A stretch of 56,808 nt of DNA, filler included, from Dimargaris cristalligena (lineage: Eukaryota): assembly GCA_003614675.1 (NCBI GenBank). It is 3 parts of 3 records of this genome, joined end to end, with 100 filler letters (N's around TTAATTAATTAA, not from the genome) between each part and the next. Parts side by side here need not be neighbours in the genome. Positions count along the whole stretch, not along the records: positions 1 to 18,884 come from ML002749.1; 2 more parts are not named here. One strand, 5' to 3'. The notes below the pieces were generated by a model. It saw only the letters and a list, made by a program, of their open reading frames with translations. It did not search any database and had not been told where the DNA came from. Below, one piece after another: positions 1 through 13,140 of this stretch (the first letter of the stretch is position 1; every line of letters begins with the position of its first letter). The position numbers and the translations under genes were made by a program.

Positions 1-55
<55 letters not shown>

Positions 56-110
56 ATAATAATACTAATAATAATAATAGGAATAGAAATAGTAATAGGA
101 ATAGGAATAG
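1..110. repeat. Compound microsatellite: (ACT)n grading into (AAT)n and AATAGG-like units, at the contig start
   Basis: Directly visible: actactact... to ~55, then aataat..., then aataggaatagaaatagtaataggaataggaatag. Confidence 0.95.
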
Positions 111-2955
111 CTGCAGCCAACCGGAAGTGGCCCTCCACACTCAAAGGGTTCGGTCGATCGCGTTGTGGTGGACCCAACGCAAGTTGAAGTGGCCGGATAT
201 ACATGGAAGGTGATGTTCCAAGGAGTTTCGCGCGGAAACCATTCTGATCAGGCTATTGCCATTTATATCAAAAAACGTGCCCATTCAATCTACCGGCCAT
301 TTACATTTATCCCGGATTGAATGGTTTTATATATTTATTGGCTGATTGATTGGGTGGCTGAGCCGGCTTCCTTCTTAAGGCTGCTGCCGGGCCTATTCTA
401 ATAATGATCGCAATAGGGCTATTGGTCAGGCGCTAGCCATGAAGCGCGGAGGAAGCACAGAGGGTCATTACGCAGGTTTTTCCTTATGTTAAATAAAGAG
501 AGTAGAGTTTCAAGTCGCCATCCAATAAACGGCGGCGTAGATTGTGACGGACAGGCCTTCATGTTAGACGACGAGTCAATATTAGCCCTAAATCCAGTGG
601 CAACGACGCCTCCTGGCCTATTATACCACTTTTACACTACCTTCAACATGACATGACTTGATTTGATTTGATTTGATTTGATTTGGCTTGGTTTGTTTAC
701 ATCTGCCCAGAAATCCCCTGCCGTAGGTCAGAAGGCCCGTCTTCCTAAGCCAGCCAATGCCTATATCTGTAGGCGCATGCCGTCCCGATGGCCCGTCATC
801 ACCCTAGCTGGCTGGAAGTCGAAAAGGGAATATGTCCTCGTTCCATTTGGCCTAAACAATGGGTCCAGGCCGCTACGGTTGGCTGCATACTTCCCCGCCT
901 TTCCTGACCCCACGTGTCGGTTGGTCGATAGCCATCCTTAATTTAGTCGGTTCATTATCGGACTTCTCTTCTTAACTGGACATGCTTAGTCAGGCCAGGT
1001 CAGGGCGCTTCGGCTGACCGACCCTCCTCTCCCTCCACCGCCTGACTTTGACCTCCTCCTCCCACCATTACTTTATCCCGCACCACACTGACCCCAGTCA
1101 GTTATTGCCAAATTAGCGACAAACCTCTCTCTCTCTCTCTCTGACTGTATCTACAATGCCAATATAGCGAGGGATTCGTCGCAGGGACCACCCAGTCAGT
1201 GGCGGGGCAGTGTCACCTCTGTCCGACACCACCCGAGGGTAACATCTCCTCCCAATGCCCACCACTGTGTGTACCTTGTAGATATGGGCACTCACTCGTC
1301 GTTCTTCTTCGGCTTCCATATGTAACCTACCCCACCTATCCACCAGAAACCGTCCGAGCGCCCCCTTGTTCCCCAGGGACTGTCCCTGAACCCAACTGAA
1401 TCAGTCTACTCCGCCGCAAGTGGCCCTCAGTAGTTGGCTGCTTGGGTAGCACGGCCTCTACTGACGCTTGTTTTGGCCGGCGGATATGCCGATTTCTCCA
1501 GTCTTCTCCCCTTCTCTCACTCTGCGTGTGCGTGTCGTCGTTTCTGTGGTTTAATTAGGAAATATTTATCTTCCCCTAGGCCACCGCCTCCGGCCATCCT
1601 TATTTGTGGGTATTATATGGCTACGTTGGAATACGTTTTCCATCTTAAAGCGGATGAGGTCAGCTGGCGGCGACTCTTCCCCACCTCCTCTCCTGCTCTA
1701 ATATCCCTGTGTCTTCCAGGATTCCCCAGTCCCTTCTTCTACTGGACCACAACATTGGATCTTTTTAGGAATTACTCACCCCCTTGACCACCATCAGGAA
1801 ATACCCTTGAGAAATCATGCGGTTTCCGATCGCTTTGGAAGACCCTTACCTATCTACCTACTACTAAGGTTCCCCCTATTGTTCACCATCCGGGTAAGGC
1901 TAGACTAGGCCTGGTTCATCATTCTAATTAGTAAAACTGTATTTCCTGGTTGTAATTATAGCTGGATTGGCCCATTGTTGTTAAGTCACGGGTTTCCATG
2001 TATAGGCACCTCTTGGGAAAATTTAATAGAGTGAAGGATGGATGAGTAAGGGTAGTAGTGAGTGACGACGAATTGACCTCTCTCTCTCTCTCTCTCTCAA
2101 CTCGGCTGCCTCTTGCCTACTTCCAAATGGCGATGCAGGGCCATACTTTGGCTTAAGCGGGCCAAACTAATTTGGGTTTAATATCCAAGTATCCTCCGCA
2201 TTTAGATGGAGTGGGCGTGTGACAACTTTCTATTTGGGTCGTTGCAATTATCCCTGTGACGATATAAACATTGGACCTGTCCCGTTGACCGTCATGGGGG
2301 AGAGATGAGGTATGCATGGGGAGTTGAATGGTAGCCTTCTAGAAAAACATAGTTAGCCAACTCGGTTCAGGTGTTTCATAGTTCCCTCCTCTTCTATACT
2401 ACTATTTCAAGTCACCCACCCCCTAACTGTTGGAAGAAACTCCTAGTCAGGGGGTACTGGTAATAAAATCTCTAGGAAGACACAACTTCACTCAGTTCAC
2501 TATAGACGGACAATGCTTCCACCCAGTTACCCACCGTTTTCGTAGTTGTCTTCCTTCTGCCGCCCCCCTCCTAGTGTAAACCTACCATAACCCGACTAAG
2601 GCCTCTAGGTTATTTGAATTCCCAACCACTGGACCGGCTAGAATTTTAGTATATTTGTTTCAAACTCAGCTGTATTGGGTAGCTAGCTACTTCCTACTGG
2701 TCCCAAACCCCACTAGTGACTAATGATCGCCAGTTAGTTATGTACGACCTGCATTATAATTCCCACTAAATACATCTCTAATTTTCTTCCACAAACTAAA
2801 GAGTCCACTAGTTTCAAGCCTAATGTAAATCCATGTCGGGGTTACGGACTGCCGAACTGACCCGAGAAAATGTATCCATGCCCATCATTGCCATTTAGAA
2901 TCTCGGCTCTTCCGGAGTCTCTTGTCCCATCTACCACTACCTCCTCCCCCCCTCC

Positions 2956-3008
2956 ATACACACACCCACACACACACACACACACACATACACATACACA
3001 TATACACG
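2956..3008. repeat. Imperfect (CA)n/(TACACA)n microsatellite
   Basis: Directly visible; it explains the HTHTHT run in the spurious ORF 2922-3116. Confidence 0.9.
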
Positions 3009-4149
3009 TCATACCACTGTACTTTTGAGGGTGGTGGCCCGCCTTTTACAGTGGCATCCCGCCCTTTACACGGTGTATTTCTGGGGGATTTAAAAATATA
3101 TACATGGGTATATTGAGCCCATATATCGGTGGTATACAGTAACCTCCAGGGATTTCCTCGCCCTTCTCTCTAGATACAGTAGGTAGACCTCCTCTACATT
3201 GCAAAAGCAGTATCCCCAAAGACAAAGAAATTCCTACCAGGGCCTGGCCGTATACGCGCCGGTTCAATAATAGGTCCACATTCCGCTACAGACTATCTAG
3301 TCCCAGCCGAAGCAGCATCAATAGGGATCTGCGGACTGACTGGTCTAGAAATGTTCTCACCCAAGCTATATACTTTTATTTAGAATAATATAGAAGGCGT
3401 TCTTCCAGAGACCAGAATGTACAGTAGTAATACGAAAGTGGAAAAATGATATGGGCTTTACTACTACGATTACTGCCGGTAAGTCTTACTTCCCCCTAAT
3501 AGACTTACCCTGGTGGATAGGCGGGCTTAGTCATCTGCCTCACTGTCCTTTTGGTGCACCATTTGTTTCAAATTGAGGTTAATTTGTCCTCCCTCCCCAA
3601 CCATTTATCCATATTCCGCATTACTTCTTTTCCACCCCCGCACAGTGTACACGAATATATATATTGGCAATTGGTGACCACCGTCCCCTAGTGGTTTAGC
3701 CATATACGGCGTTTATACCCCAGTGACCCGCCAAGTCTCAAGATCGACGGAATAGACAAAGGGGTAAATGCATATACAATTCCAGTTACGAAATCCAGGC
3801 ACTCATAATTACGGCATATTGATTCAATCCCCCGCCCCCAACCAGATAGGAGTGGCCTACCTGGTTCCGCCGGCATTAATCAGAACCAGCCGTGTCTGCT
3901 TTGCCAGTTAGCGGTCTCTCCCCAATTATTCACAAGTCATACTGAATTAGACGTACCAGCTCTGTACCGCCGGTGTTGATGGGGGCTATTGTCTTTGGAT
4001 TCGATTTCACCATTCCTGGTGTTGAAACAATTAAATTTCAGCTAAACATAGCTTCTCGATGAATAATAGTACCGTAAATCCCAATGGAAATGACCTAGAG
4101 GATATCTGATCACCCCATTGCTACCAATGCACCCAGTCACTCCTGGTAA

Positions 4150-4293
4150 ATATGGGAGAGGTTCAACCAGGCTGTATAACGAAAAATCCGTTGGATGAGG
4201 TAAAAATTACAGGTTAAAAATGAATCTCTTGCCTATTTTCCCATTCATATATCATTTAAAACCTTATACAGCTGGGTCGAATTTCACCCATAT
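4150..4293 (+). mobile_element. MITE copy (136-bp core plus flanking ATAT)
   Basis: ATAT-GGGAGAGGTTCAACCAGGCTGTATAA ... TTATACAGCTGGGTCGAATTTCACCC-ATAT: imperfect ~26-bp TIRs; homologous to the copies at 8572, 25728-26291, 54441 and 56724. Confidence 0.9.
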
Positions 4294-4699
4294 TAAACAT
4301 GAAACAAACGAAACACTAAAAATTTATCGATATATATATTACGATGCTCCTAGAGTGGATGGGAAGTGGATTGGGATAGGTTTCCCACAGTATAAATGAA
4401 GGTCTCTTTAAAAAATTATCCAGTGATTATGCGTAGCTAGAGGTTTCTCTAAACTCACCAACGAACACTTTCAACATGAACACTTTTGCAATATACTACT
4501 ATTCAGTACACCCTAGTTTGGGAATCCTTCCCCTCCTCCTTGTCCTGAGTCAGCCTTGCTTAATATCTGATGGGATCATCATCATCAGCATCGCTCTATT
4601 GACCGAACACAGCATTGGCTGAGTATATCATATCGCCCTTTGTTGTTCACCGAACCCGGTTTCGTATGGTAATAATGGACATGAATGTGACCCAGTCAA

Positions 4700-4800
4700 T
4701 CAGCATCACTGGACAATGTGCTCCCACTGATGAAGAGCGGAGCACTAGAATGAACGAGATACACTTATTCATTATTTTCGGGACTGTGGGGCATTGTAGA
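4700..4800 (+). mobile_element. Possible degraded non-LTR retrotransposon (LINE) C-terminal zinc-finger fragment
   Basis: One frame reads MCSH**RAEH*NERDTLIHYFRDC (Cys codon at 4719 to Cys codon ending 4787). This resembles the CxxC...(E/D)TxxHxFxxC zinc knuckle after the LINE RT if the first TGA derives from TGY; several stops. Confidence 0.35.
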
Positions 4801-6911
4801 AAAAAAATAGTAAAAAGAATCAAGGAGAGACTACTAAAACAAAGAAGTGTAAGTGGATCAAAATAGTGAAGGACTGCCCGCAGCAGTATATGGCTGATAA
4901 GGGGGTAAATTCTAGTACAGTCGCCATCGGCTTTGGAGTAGCAGAAACTCGTCATGCTGGTAGTATAACCCCCCTTCAGCCAATTGGACTTCGCATTAAC
5001 ATCTTACACAAGCAGATCAGTAGAGACTAGCCCTAACTAATACATGGAAATTCGGTAAACTGGCGGGTAAATGGCACTGGCAGAGAAAAACAAAGCACAG
5101 CTGAATAAGCCTCGGTTAGCTCTTTAGATCATAAATTACATCATGACGTTTTTGGTTTGGTTCGTGTGTGTTGGTACATGCTCCTTTTATGTGGGTTCGC
5201 ACGGTTGCCAACTCTGGGCCGAATAAGTCGCTACCACTAGTTTTACGAGGCACTTGGTCGCATTTGGTTAGAGTAAACCTCTTTAGCCAGGCATGTAGCT
5301 TTACCTAGTCGATACTGTGTTCACCGCTTGCATCCGGAATTTGCAGTGTGGTCGATTGTACCCTAAGCTCGCCGCAATAGACAAATAATAATACACCCAA
5401 ATTGAGTCATCGGTGCAAGTATGAGTGAGAAATGATTTAAAAACACACAATTGAATGAATAATATATTCACCAGCCGTTATATAACAAGTTAAAGTAACG
5501 GCAATGGGATTTCTATTCATAACACCCTCTAAGGTCTGGATATACGGAAATGGAGTGAGTCCCCAAGCGGAATTGGTCAAATTGCCTATTCCACCTTTTA
5601 AAACGGAAAATTCGTAACCGTTTGGAGGTCCATTTTAGGCCATCAGTCCACCTCGATCCGTTTCCAAATGACCAAGACGAGTATTGACCAAAAAAAAATA
5701 GATAGAAAATGCCGCCGCCACCCCCAATTCCAAATCCCCGTGAATGATCAGTCCCACCCTCGGTAAACGAGGGCGAAAATGTAAAGTGAGGCAAAAATAA
5801 GCAAAATAATGGCCACGCCTCCTAATCGGGAATACCCCTCTGGCTGTGATGCACTTGAAATGGGTCGGAACGGTCACCTAAATGGTATCAGGTTAGGGCT
5901 ACTTCTGCCGTGAGCCTCACCATTTCTTTCCAGAATTGGTGATCATTTCCACCGAAATGCGAGGACCACGAGTCCCCCATTTATTGGTTGATCTTGGGAG
6001 GGGATCCCCCCTCTGGTAGTCCCCAACTTTCTCCTACAGGTTATGCGGCTAATTACATCAGCAATCCGCCCCAACGGTCTTTAGTATAGCGGATATAGGA
6101 AAAAGGAATGGCGAACATGTCCATCAGAGGCAATTCACTATACCACCATAATACATCGATGCAAGGCAGGTGTGCGACATATTGCACTGGGGGAAACATA
6201 AATAATGCAGGGCTATGCAACCAATATAGGAGGATGGTCCGACTTCCCTAGAGTCAAATACAGTCCCACGCACAGTAGCCAGGAATTGCCTATATATGGT
6301 CCAACATGCAATGACACTCAGCGGCCTATACACCATATGTTTTTTTGAATCTCAAGTGTAAAGGGGAAATCATTATGTAAATGGTCGTCAGTGCCAGTCA
6401 AAAAAGCCACGAGGGATTGGTTAATTTAAACCGATTTGTGATTGATTGTCCCTCCCCAGGAGTTTTGAAAAAGGGGGACACATTCACTCGTACAAGGGAT
6501 TGAGCTGCCATTTTTTCTTCTTTTGCACAGTGTAAGTGCGAGGCAAAGCGGCCGTGTCGATCGTCCCCTAGGGATCAGCTCCGATAGATAAAGTAAAACC
6601 ACATAAACACCCACGCACACTCAGGTACAACCAGGTCACATTAGGAGTGGGTGGGAGAAGAAGGATTCTAATTTTGCGCCCCGAAATAGGTCTAAATCGG
6701 AATATATTTCCAATACATGCAGCAGCATAGGATGCCTGGGAAATGGGCACTTGCCAGAAGATCTCCCCGCTCCTCTATTGGTACTACATATAAGGTTAAA
6801 TCTATGGGTCATCCTACCCCGTTTCCTTTTCTACTCCACTATTTCCAGTGGACTTGGCCTCAAGCGTTTGTTTGCTTGTTTTTTGAATTAAGCATACGGG
6901 AACGGTCCAAA

Positions 6912-8290
6912 TTAATAAATACCTTTATATTTGTAATCAAACTTACCTGACGTGCCAAGCGAAAGAAAAAAATCCCCAGACGAACGTGAGAATGTAGCCG
7001 GCCGCGCATCCTCTCCCCCGCCGAAAGCCAACGTCCCTTTGAAGGCGTTGCACTTGATCAGGGAGGATGATCGCGTGTGTGCCAGCTGTGGTAAACGTGT
7101 ATCCAACTGATTTACTCCGTCCGGGTCGGTGGATAGGGTCATTACCATTCTGGAAGACAGGGCGGTAGTAAGGTCGACTAGTACGGCGAAACAGGCACTG
7201 GCCATGGGGTTGTGGGGCCGGATGGGTGACAGCCCACCTGTAGGAATACGGATATTAAACCTGGGGGTGGTTCTAATTGTCGTGTTTATCAGCCAGTGGC
7301 TAAGCTCGGGCACTAGGACGGTAAAAGGTAGTATCTGAAAACCCATACTAATAAAAACGCAGTCTTCGGCGAGTCTGAAATCTGTAATGGCAGTGGTATA
7401 TGTACCTTCGACGACTGTGGCCAAGGCGGCAATGTTACCAAAGATGTCGCGAAAGTCAGAGGGATATAGATCATATTCTTGGGGACAAAATCATTGAGGC
7501 TGATGTTTGTCCTGGTGACCATTCCACCAAATACCCATTAGGACACTCAGTTCGACCCCTAGTAAGGACCAGAGCAATGCCGCTACCCAGCCAGTTGAGG
7601 AGGCTGGATGGGAAGTATGAGAGTTAAAGTGCAGCAAATTACAGTTTAGAGTTGGTGATTAGGCTAACCGGGTGACACCACTCAATGTCAGAAGCCAGAG
7701 ACCCGGACAGCAGGTCACCGGTGCCCACACTTCCGCTCATGTGCAGTAAGTGAGCGACCTTTGTCTGTACGCCAACCGAATGGCCCAATAGTCGATAAGC
7801 GGCGACGTGATGGTGGCAAACCGGCGGATTTGTTGGGACAAGTGATACCATGCACTCTCGATAGGATCCAGCATGTGGTTTAGTTTAGATGTCGATAGAC
7901 ATTCCACCCCAACCATTATCAACAACACTGCAGATAAAAAGGCCGAGAGCAATAGTCAATGCTTGTCCGTAGCCAAATGCATTTTGCTAGTGATGGCGAT
8001 AGGCAAGGCGGCCCAAGAGGCGAGAAGGTTGAGCCAATTGAATGGTATTGAATAACTAGTATCTCCCCACCTACTTTCAGGTGCCTCGGATACCCCGGAT
8101 TTGGGGCTCAGCGAACCCAAAACTGCAATGGGTGCCACCCATTGGTAGCCCGTTTCCTCATCTAGGGACAAGCCATTAGTTCAGCATGATCGGCTTCTTG
8201 TTAATCGAGTGTCTATAACCAATACCACGCTAATCATGATGGCATTAACAAAACTCATGGGATGCACCAGGGGGTGAAGGTAGGGCGGCT
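6912..8290 (-). pseudogene. Decayed transmembrane half of a TM9SF/EMP70 (nonaspanin) gene
   Basis: Collinear TM9SF-like motifs across several frames with stops: VHPMSFVNAIMISVVLV (~IHWFSIxNS), DEETGYQWV (~DExGWKxVHGD), ATITSPLIDYW (~AATSPVNGYF), RTN (~RxNxIPR), ILPFTVLVPEL (~GILPFxxxFIE), FFLSLGTSG (~FFLMxGTIG). Confidence 0.65.
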
Positions 8291-8571
8291 TGATAGCTGC
8301 CACGTTGTTTGCATTGTCAATAAAAAAATATTGATTGGCCCGAAAATGGTTGTCCAAATACCAAAATTGATAAGGCCTGGCCCAAGTCAGACCTTATAAC
8401 TAAAAGGGCTATTTAAGAATCCCAATTTGAGATTCTTAACTTGGACTACTACCTGGAATGTACTGTAGTGAGTTCCCAATCACTACCCCTCGAAAAAGTA
8501 TACCAATGTACTAGTCATTTTAAATCCCCCATATACTGCTATCAAAAATATATCTGTATTTATAGTTTTGC

Positions 8572-8715
8572 ATATGGGAGAGGTTCGGCCCAACTGTATA
8601 ACGAAAAATCCATAGGATGATGCTAATACTACTGGTTAAAACCAAATCTCCAACATATTTTCCCATCCATTCTTTACTTAAAGCATTTTACAGCTGCGCT
8701 GAATTCTATCCATAT
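8572..8715 (+). mobile_element. MITE copy (diverged), lying between the two halves of the TM9SF-like locus
   Basis: ATAT-GGGAGAGGTTCGGCCCAACTGTATAACGAAAAATCC ... TTTTACAGCTGCGCTGAATTCTATCC-ATAT; 144 bp like the other copies. Confidence 0.85.
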
Positions 8716-9190
8716 ATATATAAGAGAAGCAGGGCTTACTCCTGGTAGTAATAATTTATTTCTATATCTATTATTTCCCAAGTAATCACATCCCAAAACT
8801 AATAGTGCAAAACATTGATACACTTTTTTGAGCCGTTGTTTTTTTGAAGTAATTGTGTCCGTTCGATAATTAAATAAGGATTCATGAGGGTGAAGTTGTA
8901 AATAACTAGAATTCCCTGGACGCGTTAATATTGGTACAACTTTAGATTTGTTCATTTTCATTCGTAAAATATTTAATTCTCGTTAAAAGCCATCATGTCC
9001 CAAAAGTGCCAGCACTGTTCTATCTTTTCAAAAGAGGCAGAGTCCCCACCAATGTCTTTGTCATCGTCCCCGTTTTTCCGACCTATAACCACGAATGAGT
9101 GGTGTCTTGTTCCAAGTATCCCGCCTAGGTCCGGGTTTTCTCAACCTAGCAGGAACACGCCGAATCCTCCGGGAATCCCGACTCCTAGTA

Positions 9191-10473
9191 CTACTTATTT
9201 GCATCGGTAGAATACCAGTCAACGGAGTAGGTGAAGGTAACCGCCAGCGGTGCCAAGGACTGATTAATTATCACGCTTTCACGTTCTTGGGCTTCCACTC
9301 GGACCAACTGGTTATGATTGAATCCGATCCGAAAGTGAATATGAGTGTATAGTTGTGCCCTGCGTGGCCCACCCTGAGAGCCTATCTTGACTGAATAAAG
9401 GCATGGTAGATTTGGAATTCATAAACATACAGGCATTAGGAAACCATGTTCTTTTAGTAAGCCCTTGGTAAATACATATATAAAGACACCATTCATTCAA
9501 ACTTATAAAATTAACATTGGTATATTCTGACTGTCTAACCAATAATTCGATTTCCAGCTTACCTTCCACAGGAATACCACCTAACGGGATAATTAAATTT
9601 ATAGTGGACCGCTTCATTATTACAATTAGCGGACTTATAATTTGAACCAAGTTTGGTTGTGGGACAATTGCTGCCCTCTCATTCACCCGCGCAACAGGCG
9701 TCGGGTTATTAAAGTTGATATAAAGCTTGTGTAAAATACTTACCAATATTCAACCAGTAGCGAAAATCCTTGCGAATACTACTCATAAAAGTGTGTATAT
9801 CATCTTCATCGAGAACTCTTTGACATCGTTCCCGGCGCATTTCGTGGACTAGCAGAGGTTGAATAATAAAAAAAATAGAAATGCTGTAAGCGATAAATTC
9901 GACGAAAGGTACAAGAAATACCCGGGCATTAGGACTACGAACCCTATAGCCCAATCCCCACCCCCGCCCATTAGTGGATTGGGAACAAATCATGGATTGA
10001 CAGCGGCTCTTACATTTAAACAGCAAGCTCGATGATGGATCAAAGAACCTGATCGATGCCGATTTATGATTGCGATCCAAGCCACCATCATGATTCCCGT
10101 TCCCAAAGTAGCAATAGGGAAGACTGGAATAGGGGTAAACTTTGAAGGTATTGTGGGCCGGTCCAGCCAGGCCCGCCGAAACGGAAACTTTATCGAACGG
10201 TTTTAATATCTATGGAGGTTGGGAATAGTTGATAGAACTGTAGACGGATTAGTTAAAGGGCTGGTAAGTGGGTCTTATACGCCCAGGGTATGGGCGTATT
10301 TTTACACGCTGGCTGGTCACGGTTTAAGTGTAGTAGGTTACATGGTTAATATTTAGTGTCCCAATTACCCGAGTGCCATTATCATGGAGAGGAATGTATA
10401 CGGACCACCATATTACGAAAAAACAACAGGCCAGCGTCAGAAAGTAAACCCACAAGGGTATCCGAAACGACAT
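9191..10473 (-). CDS. TM9SF/EMP70-like lumenal N-terminal domain; 5 exons (10473-10369, 10209-10014, 9848-9744, 9580-9563, 9390-9191), 207 aa
   Basis: GT-AG introns with consistent phases give an open frame. Features: hydrophobic leader MSFRIPLWVYFLTLACCFFVIWW; AGPAHNTFKVYPYSSLPYC (~VGPxxNxxETYxYxxLPFC); CQRVLDEDDIHTFMSSIRKDFRYWLNIGGIPV (~...YxYxxxIDxLPI); LYTHIHFRIGFN; VTFTYSVDW; then TAG. Confidence 0.72.
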
Positions 10474-12814
10474 GGGGACTGGTAACTACCGACCAACAGG
10501 GCGAGAAAAAAATATAATATAGACAAAGTAAATGGAATGGAACCGCACGGCAACTTATATATCGGAATAGATGAATAGCCCTTAAAAAAATATTAAATAA
10601 AGGACTAGACAGCAAAATTGGCGCGAGACCTGGCGGGTTTCCCTCTGTATTTATAAAACCCGGTATGTTCTGTGCACAATGCAAACCCCCCGGTTATATG
10701 AAAAGGGCTCAAGACAAAGAGAATGGACAAGGGATACAGGGGGAGGGGGAGTGAGAGAGGAAGCCGTGCTTTGCGCCGGGCCAATCCCCTTTAAACGAGA
10801 AGCCCACCATATTCTCTAATTCGTCACTTACGCCGAGAGGTTCGGGGTACTAAGAGATCTCTATGATGTCCTCGTTTTAAATATTTATCCGCGCTCTTCC
10901 TTATTCGCTCTCTGGTATACTTTCCGAACAATATATATACATATATGGAACGCCCTTCCAGTTGAGACTATCGGCGCGCACGAAATAACTCAAGGAAGTA
11001 CACTTCTGTATGTACCACAATCTCCCACTCTGGTTATGCGGTCATTGGAGAGTAAGCGCATTTGAGAAGGGCAAGACCAAGACACATAGGGAGTTGATAG
11101 GTATTTTTTTTAAAAAAATGGGCAGGGCTGGAATACAACAGCGTTCTGGAAAAGATTGACCCTACTTAGATATGCATCTAGCTGTTGCATCGGATCCTAG
11201 AGTGAATAGCTCTATTCCATTCGTACGCATAGGTAGCCCAGCTGACTGGTGGTGATCAGTAATCGTCATACCTGCCTTCAATTCATATAGTGTAGGACTT
11301 GTGCAAATCGTGATTACGTCAAGCCCGCGGCAGCTTACTCCCGGTGACCATTGAGGTGCCTACCGTATACAATATGGCTTCAGAGACGAGGTATTTTCCC
11401 AACGACTTCGATAAAAACCTTGCATCCTGGACACTTTTTCAACCAGTTACTCTACTATATCGGAGCTAGTATAGACAATATATTACATGTTGATTTTCCG
11501 CCTAATACGGCCCCTGTTGAGCGCAGAGAGATGAGAGAGGGTCAATCCGAGGAGCGGCCGTGCCAATAGGCGAGGGATCATTGCCCAATGGTGCAGGGAC
11601 GGAGGTAAAGGAACTGGCCCAACCGGGAGCTGGAACTACAATCAGGTCACACCGGCAAATGGAAAAGCTACCGTTTAGGAAAAAGGCGGGTGGGCTAATC
11701 AGCTACTGTCAGCTTGGGCGATTAATTGATGGACGATCATTAGCACCATGACGCAATGCGGACTGGATTAAGACGGCTTGACTTACTCATTGTGGAAAAT
11801 GACCGGCACAGGGCCCAGTTCTGTAAGCCCTTTGGCGGTTTACGCTATATCATCACTCAGTCATGAACGGGTAGGTCGTGAGACGGGGGGGCATGTTAAT
11901 GAAGTATAATAGGGCAAAATGGATGCTGGCTGTAAGTAGTATCCCAAGTCAATCCTAGCATCAAACGGGGATCCGAGTAGCAATGAAGACCAGAGCGGCG
12001 GGATATATGATTTTATACTGCTAATTAATATTGAGTTTAAGCCGACGGTTGAAGTACATCACCGGTCACATCCTCTATTTAAAGGGATGTCTATTTATAC
12101 TCTCAACTAGGTGCGCCTGATCAATATTTAACAGCGCCTTATCTGCTAGTATACCGAGGCTTAATGACTTGCCCTACTACGGTGGTAAGAGTCACATGAT
12201 TATCTTGCATAATCACGTGTTTATCTTCCGAGGATCCCTTGCCTTCCCTTCCCTTCTTCCCCCCCCCCACCAACCCAGTCGACTTGGTCAATATGACGAC
12301 TCTCTTAATCCAACTCCACCCAGTCCCCCTCCCCAACCACAGGGGCTTGCAAAGCGTGTGTGCACTTTCATTTGCAGACAGCTGGTTACCAATGCTTGAA
12401 ATCCATCTTTGCGTACGGGTGGGGCAAATACCGCTGTTAATGCCCGCATGTCATTAGATAGGCCTTATAGGCGCTAACTTAGTAACCGAAATGAAGAGGG
12501 AAATGGACCCTATAGAGCAACAGCCCCATCCCAGTGTAGGCCAGCAAAGGGCTCCCAACGTATGGAACTATTATGTCGGCTGTGGGGACGATGGTAAAAG
12601 AGTTCTCCCCCATGGGCCTGGCAAAGATGGGGAGATTCCTCCATAAGCCAGTAGAGTGTGGGGGGAGGCTAAGGACTTGTCTAGTCAATTTTGATTCAAT
12701 GCAGTCCAAGAGATCTCGTCTGTGTACATCTACTCTACTGTTCCTCACTTCTCGTCCATAAGATTCACCCTTGTCTTCCTTCTTACCTTTTTAACCTGTG
12801 TTCATCTTTTAACC

Positions 12815-13102
12815 ATGTACGCCAAAATGACCGTCGCTCCCCGCCTGGCCTCCAAGGTAGGCAACTGAAGCCAACTACTACGTCTCTGCTGCCCCAAGCG
12901 AGGGGAGTGGAGACTCGCTTGATCACGACACATTGGGACAATTGACGACCCTTTGCTAGTTAGCGTGGTTCGCATAGAGAGGAACCTCTGACCCTAGGCC
13001 GCCTGATCGTGCGGAATCCAACCCGCTTTAGTTGGTGGTATGTTTCGAGCCATCAGCCGGACCCGCTGATTCCAGTTCTAATCGGCCCATTAACTCGAAA
13101 TC

Positions 13103-13140
<38 letters not shown>

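Noticed and set aside
1-110. Telomeric repeat at the contig start
   Set aside because: The unit is ACT/AAT rather than TTAGGG-like and drifts in composition; it is an ordinary microsatellite causing a contig break.
7737-8258. Selenocysteine or TGA recoding, because three successive in-frame stops are all TGA
   Set aside because: The frame later ends in TAA and homology continues in other frames; the first TGA lies in an intron-like stretch (CTAAT...CCCTAG); TGA terminates HAUS3 normally; no SECIS is evident.
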